Origin: Gemmatimonadales bacterium
GTDB taxonomy: Bacteria > Gemmatimonadota > Gemmatimonadetes > Gemmatimonadales > GWC2-71-9
Assembly (NCBI GenBank): GCA_038321865.1
Contig: JBBQFH010000009.1
Location: 1 to 64,000, forward strand
Direction of reading: 5' to 3'
Length of the DNA: 64,000 nucleotides
The notes under the pieces: model-generated
The model's input: only the letters and a program-made list of their open reading frames with translations
What the model was told of the DNA's origin: nothing
The model's database searches: none
In this document: piece by piece, positions 61,549-64,000 of the stretch
How positions within the stretch are numbered: the stretch's first letter is position 1
How the letters are laid out: each line of letters begins with the position of its first letter
Translations under genes and position numbers: made by a program

Positions 61549-61575
61549 TACGGGGCCGTTCCAGCGAAGGTTTCA
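61549..61575 (-). promoter_or_regulatory. SigW-like ECF promoter upstream of the anti-sigma gene
   Basis: TGAAAC-N17-CGTA beginning at the sigma factor stop codon. Confidence 0.55.
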
Positions 61576-62178
61576 CTGCTTCAGGTGCGCCAGACTGAGT
61601 CGCAATTCGTTCCGTGCGCGGTGGATGTAGGTCTTCACGGTGCCGAGGGGAAGTCCGAGGATCTCGGCGATTTCCTCATACGCCCGGCCTTCGACATGAC
61701 GCAGGAGAATGCAGGACCGGTATTCCGGGCGCAGCCGCGCGATCGCGACCTCGATCTCCCCGCCCAGCTCGCGCGCCTCGACCTCCTCGAGCGCCGTCTC
61801 CTGGCGGTCGCCGATCTGCAGCGCGGTCGCCTCGATCGCTTCGGGAGTCTCGGCGTGAGGGGATCCGTCGAGCGAGAGCGTGTCCAGCTCGCGCCGCCGG
61901 AGATGATCGATCGCCGCGTTGTTGGCGATCTTGAAGATCCAGGAAGAAAACTTGAACTCGGGGCGGTACGACTCGATCGCGTTGAGCGCCTTGACGAACG
62001 TCTCCTGCGCCAGGTCTTCGGCCAGCTCACGGTCGCGCACCATCCGGTAGACCAGTGAGAAGATCGGACGCTCGTAGCGGCGCACCAGTTCGCGGTAGGC
62101 CGTCTCCTGCCCGTGGCGTGCCAGCGCCACGACCTCCTGGTCGGTGGCGCCCGCCAGATCGACGCGGCCGCTAGGCAT
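61573..62178 (-). CDS. ECF RNA polymerase sigma factor (SigW/RpoE-like)
   Basis: AEDLAQETF, FSSWIFKIANN and YEEIAEILGLPLGTVKTYIHRAR motifs. Confidence 0.95.
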   Translation of the reverse strand: MPSGRVDLAGATDQEVVALARHGQETAYRELVRRYERPIFSLVYRMVRDRELAEDLAQETFVKALNAIESYRPEFKFSSWIFKIANNAAIDHLRRRELDTLSLDGSPHAETPEAIEATALQIGDRQETALEEVEARELGGEIEVAIARLRPEYRSCILLRHVEGRAYEEIAEILGLPLGTVKTYIHRARNELRLSLAHLKQ

Positions 62179-62231
62179 GGGGCCCCGGCACGCTTGCGGG
62201 GCCGGTTCGGGCAGGACTACATTCCGCGCCT

Positions 62232-62960
62232 ATGTTCGCCTCAAATCGTGAGTTACCGGTTTCCGGCGGGCCGGAGAAGCGGGCGTATGTGCGGGGGATG
62301 TTTACCGCCATCGCTCCGACCTACGACCGCCTGAACCGTATCATGAGCCTGCGCCTCGACCTGCGGTGGCGGCGTGTGGCGGTGGAGCGCCTCGGCTGGG
62401 AGCGAGTTCCCGACGGAACCTTCCTCGATCTCTGCGCCGGGACGCTCGACTTCGCGGCAACGCTGGCGAGCCGGCCGGGCTTTCGCGGGCGCATCGTCGG
62501 CGCCGATTTCGTGCAGCGCATGCTGCAGTTCGGACGGCACAAGTCCACCCGCGTGACGCCGGTGACGGCCGATGCGCTTGACCTGCCGTTTCCGGACGCC
62601 ACCTTCGATGGCGTCATGATGGGCTGGGGTGCCCGCAATCTTGCCGACCTCGATGCGGGCCTCTCGGAGGCCGCCCGCGTGCTCGCGCCCGGCGCGCGGC
62701 TCGTGATGCTCGAGATGAGCACCCCGCCGTCGCAGCCGATGCGGGGTCTCTATCTCGCGTACTTCGAGCGCCTGCTTCCACTGGTCGGCCGGATGATCTC
62801 GAAACATAGGAGCGCCTACAACTGGTTGCCAGAGTCGGCACGGGTCTTCCCCGAGCCGGCGGCGCTGGCCGTCCGGCTCGAGCGGGCCGGGTTTCGCGAC
62901 GTCTCCTTCACCAGTTTCATGGGCGGGGTCACCGCCCTGCACGTCGCTACCCGGACCTGA
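62232..62960 (+). CDS. menG: UbiE/MenG family methyltransferase
   Basis: MFTAIAPTYDRLN, LDLCAGT and AYNWLPES motifs. Confidence 0.88.
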   Translation: MFASNRELPVSGGPEKRAYVRGMFTAIAPTYDRLNRIMSLRLDLRWRRVAVERLGWERVPDGTFLDLCAGTLDFAATLASRPGFRGRIVGADFVQRMLQFGRHKSTRVTPVTADALDLPFPDATFDGVMMGWGARNLADLDAGLSEAARVLAPGARLVMLEMSTPPSQPMRGLYLAYFERLLPLVGRMISKHRSAYNWLPESARVFPEPAALAVRLERAGFRDVSFTSFMGGVTALHVATRT

Positions 62961-62982
62961 CGCGCCCACCTGAGGAGTCGGC

Positions 62983-64000
62983 ATGGCGATCGACAATCTG
63001 CGCGAGTTCATCAGGGCCATCGACGGCATCGGGGAGCTCGCGCGCGTCACACACCCGGTGCGCGCGCGGCTCGAGGTCGCCGAGATCGCCGATCGCGCCA
63101 TGAAGAGCAAGGCGGGCGGACCTGCGCTGCTGTTCGAGCACGTGCTCCTCGACGACGGCTCGCGGAGCCCGCACCCCGTTGCCATCAACCTCTTCGGCTC
63201 GATGCGCCGCATGTGCCTGGCGCTCGGCGTCGAGAACCTCGACGAGATCGGCGGCCGCATCTCCGAGCTGCTGGAGATGAAGGTGCCGGAAGGGCTGTTC
63301 GGCAAGCTGGCCATGCTGCCCAGGCTCGCGGAAGTCGCGAAGTTCCCGCCCCGCATCAGGAGCGGGCGGCCACCCTGTCAGGAAGTCGTGCTGCGGGGGA
63401 CCGAAATCGATCTGGGCCGAATTCCGTTTCTGACCACCTGGCCCGGCGATGGCGGCCCCTACATCACACTGCCGATGGTGATCACGACCGATCCCGCGCG
63501 CGGCACCCGAAACGTCGGCATGTATCGCGTCCAGGTGCTCGGCCGCGACACGCTGGCCATGCACTGGCAACGGCACAAGGTCGGCGCAGCCCACTGGCGC
63601 GAGATGGCGACGCGCGGCGAGCGCATGCCCGTGGTGATCGCCCTCGGAGGCGATCCGGCCAGCGTCTACTCCGGCTCGGCCCCGCTCCCGCCGACCATCG
63701 ACGAGTTCATTTTCGCCGGCTTCATCCGGCGCTCGCCGGTGGACCTGGCACGCGCCGTCACCTGCGACCTCGACGTGCCGGCCGAGTCCGAGATCGTGAT
63801 CGAAGGATACATCGACCCCGCCGAAGCGCTGGTGCTGGAGGGACCATTTGGTGACCACACGGGGTTCTATTCGCTGGCCGATCTGTATCCCCGCGTCCAC
63901 GTCACCGCGGTCACGATGCGGCGCGACCCGGTCTACGCCGCGACTCTCGTGGGCCGGCCGCCGATGGAGGATTACTACCTCGGCCACGCCACCGAACGAA
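62983..64000 (+). CDS. UbiD-family (menaquinone pathway) decarboxylase, partial
   Basis: GAGGAG RBS; MAIDNLREFI, GGPALLFE, WPGDGGPYITLP, NVGMYR and EGPFGDHTGFYS; runs off the window. Confidence 0.92.
   Translation, partial: MAIDNLREFIRAIDGIGELARVTHPVRARLEVAEIADRAMKSKAGGPALLFEHVLLDDGSRSPHPVAINLFGSMRRMCLALGVENLDEIGGRISELLEMKVPEGLFGKLAMLPRLAEVAKFPPRIRSGRPPCQEVVLRGTEIDLGRIPFLTTWPGDGGPYITLPMVITTDPARGTRNVGMYRVQVLGRDTLAMHWQRHKVGAAHWREMATRGERMPVVIALGGDPASVYSGSAPLPPTIDEFIFAGFIRRSPVDLARAVTCDLDVPAESEIVIEGYIDPAEALVLEGPFGDHTGFYSLADLYPRVHVTAVTMRRDPVYAATLVGRPPMEDYYLGHATER

Overview
High-GC, gene-dense bacterial chromosomal window with about 56 CDS. I recognised no rRNA, tRNA, CRISPR array or transposase. 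Gene content (tandem membrane Ser/Thr kinases with TolB-like propellers, a GWxTD-like protein, an unusual multicopper oxidase) suggests Gemmatimonadota; this is inference only. Left to right: partial cstA; SDR; two tandem paralogous ~80-aa proteins; isocitrate/isopropylmalate dehydrogenase; DUF4139-metallophosphoesterase-SprT; PP2C; multicopper oxidase; three Ser/Thr kinases; acyl-CoA dehydrogenase-etfBA and ETF-QO; GGDEF protein; a yybP-ykoY Mn riboswitch ahead of terC/alx-MFS-M20-yjbQ; a five-gene envelope operon (DUF4956, SdiA-regulated propeller lipoprotein, metallophosphoesterase lipoprotein, Omp85 barrel with a kinase-like N-domain, HD protein); Moco genes with two orphan OM barrels; gpmI; transporters around guaB; nrnA-nfu-mrp-DUF62-lgt-like; an ECF sigma/anti-sigma operon; menG and partial ubiD. 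The best candidates for undescribed biology are (1) the phosphatase plus kinase-like Omp85 envelope operon and (2) a 37-aa micro-lipoprotein, absent from the ORF track, with predicted mature form CKSYSAPN, converging on a divergent Lgt-like gene. All functional calls come from motif recognition by eye; no searches were run.
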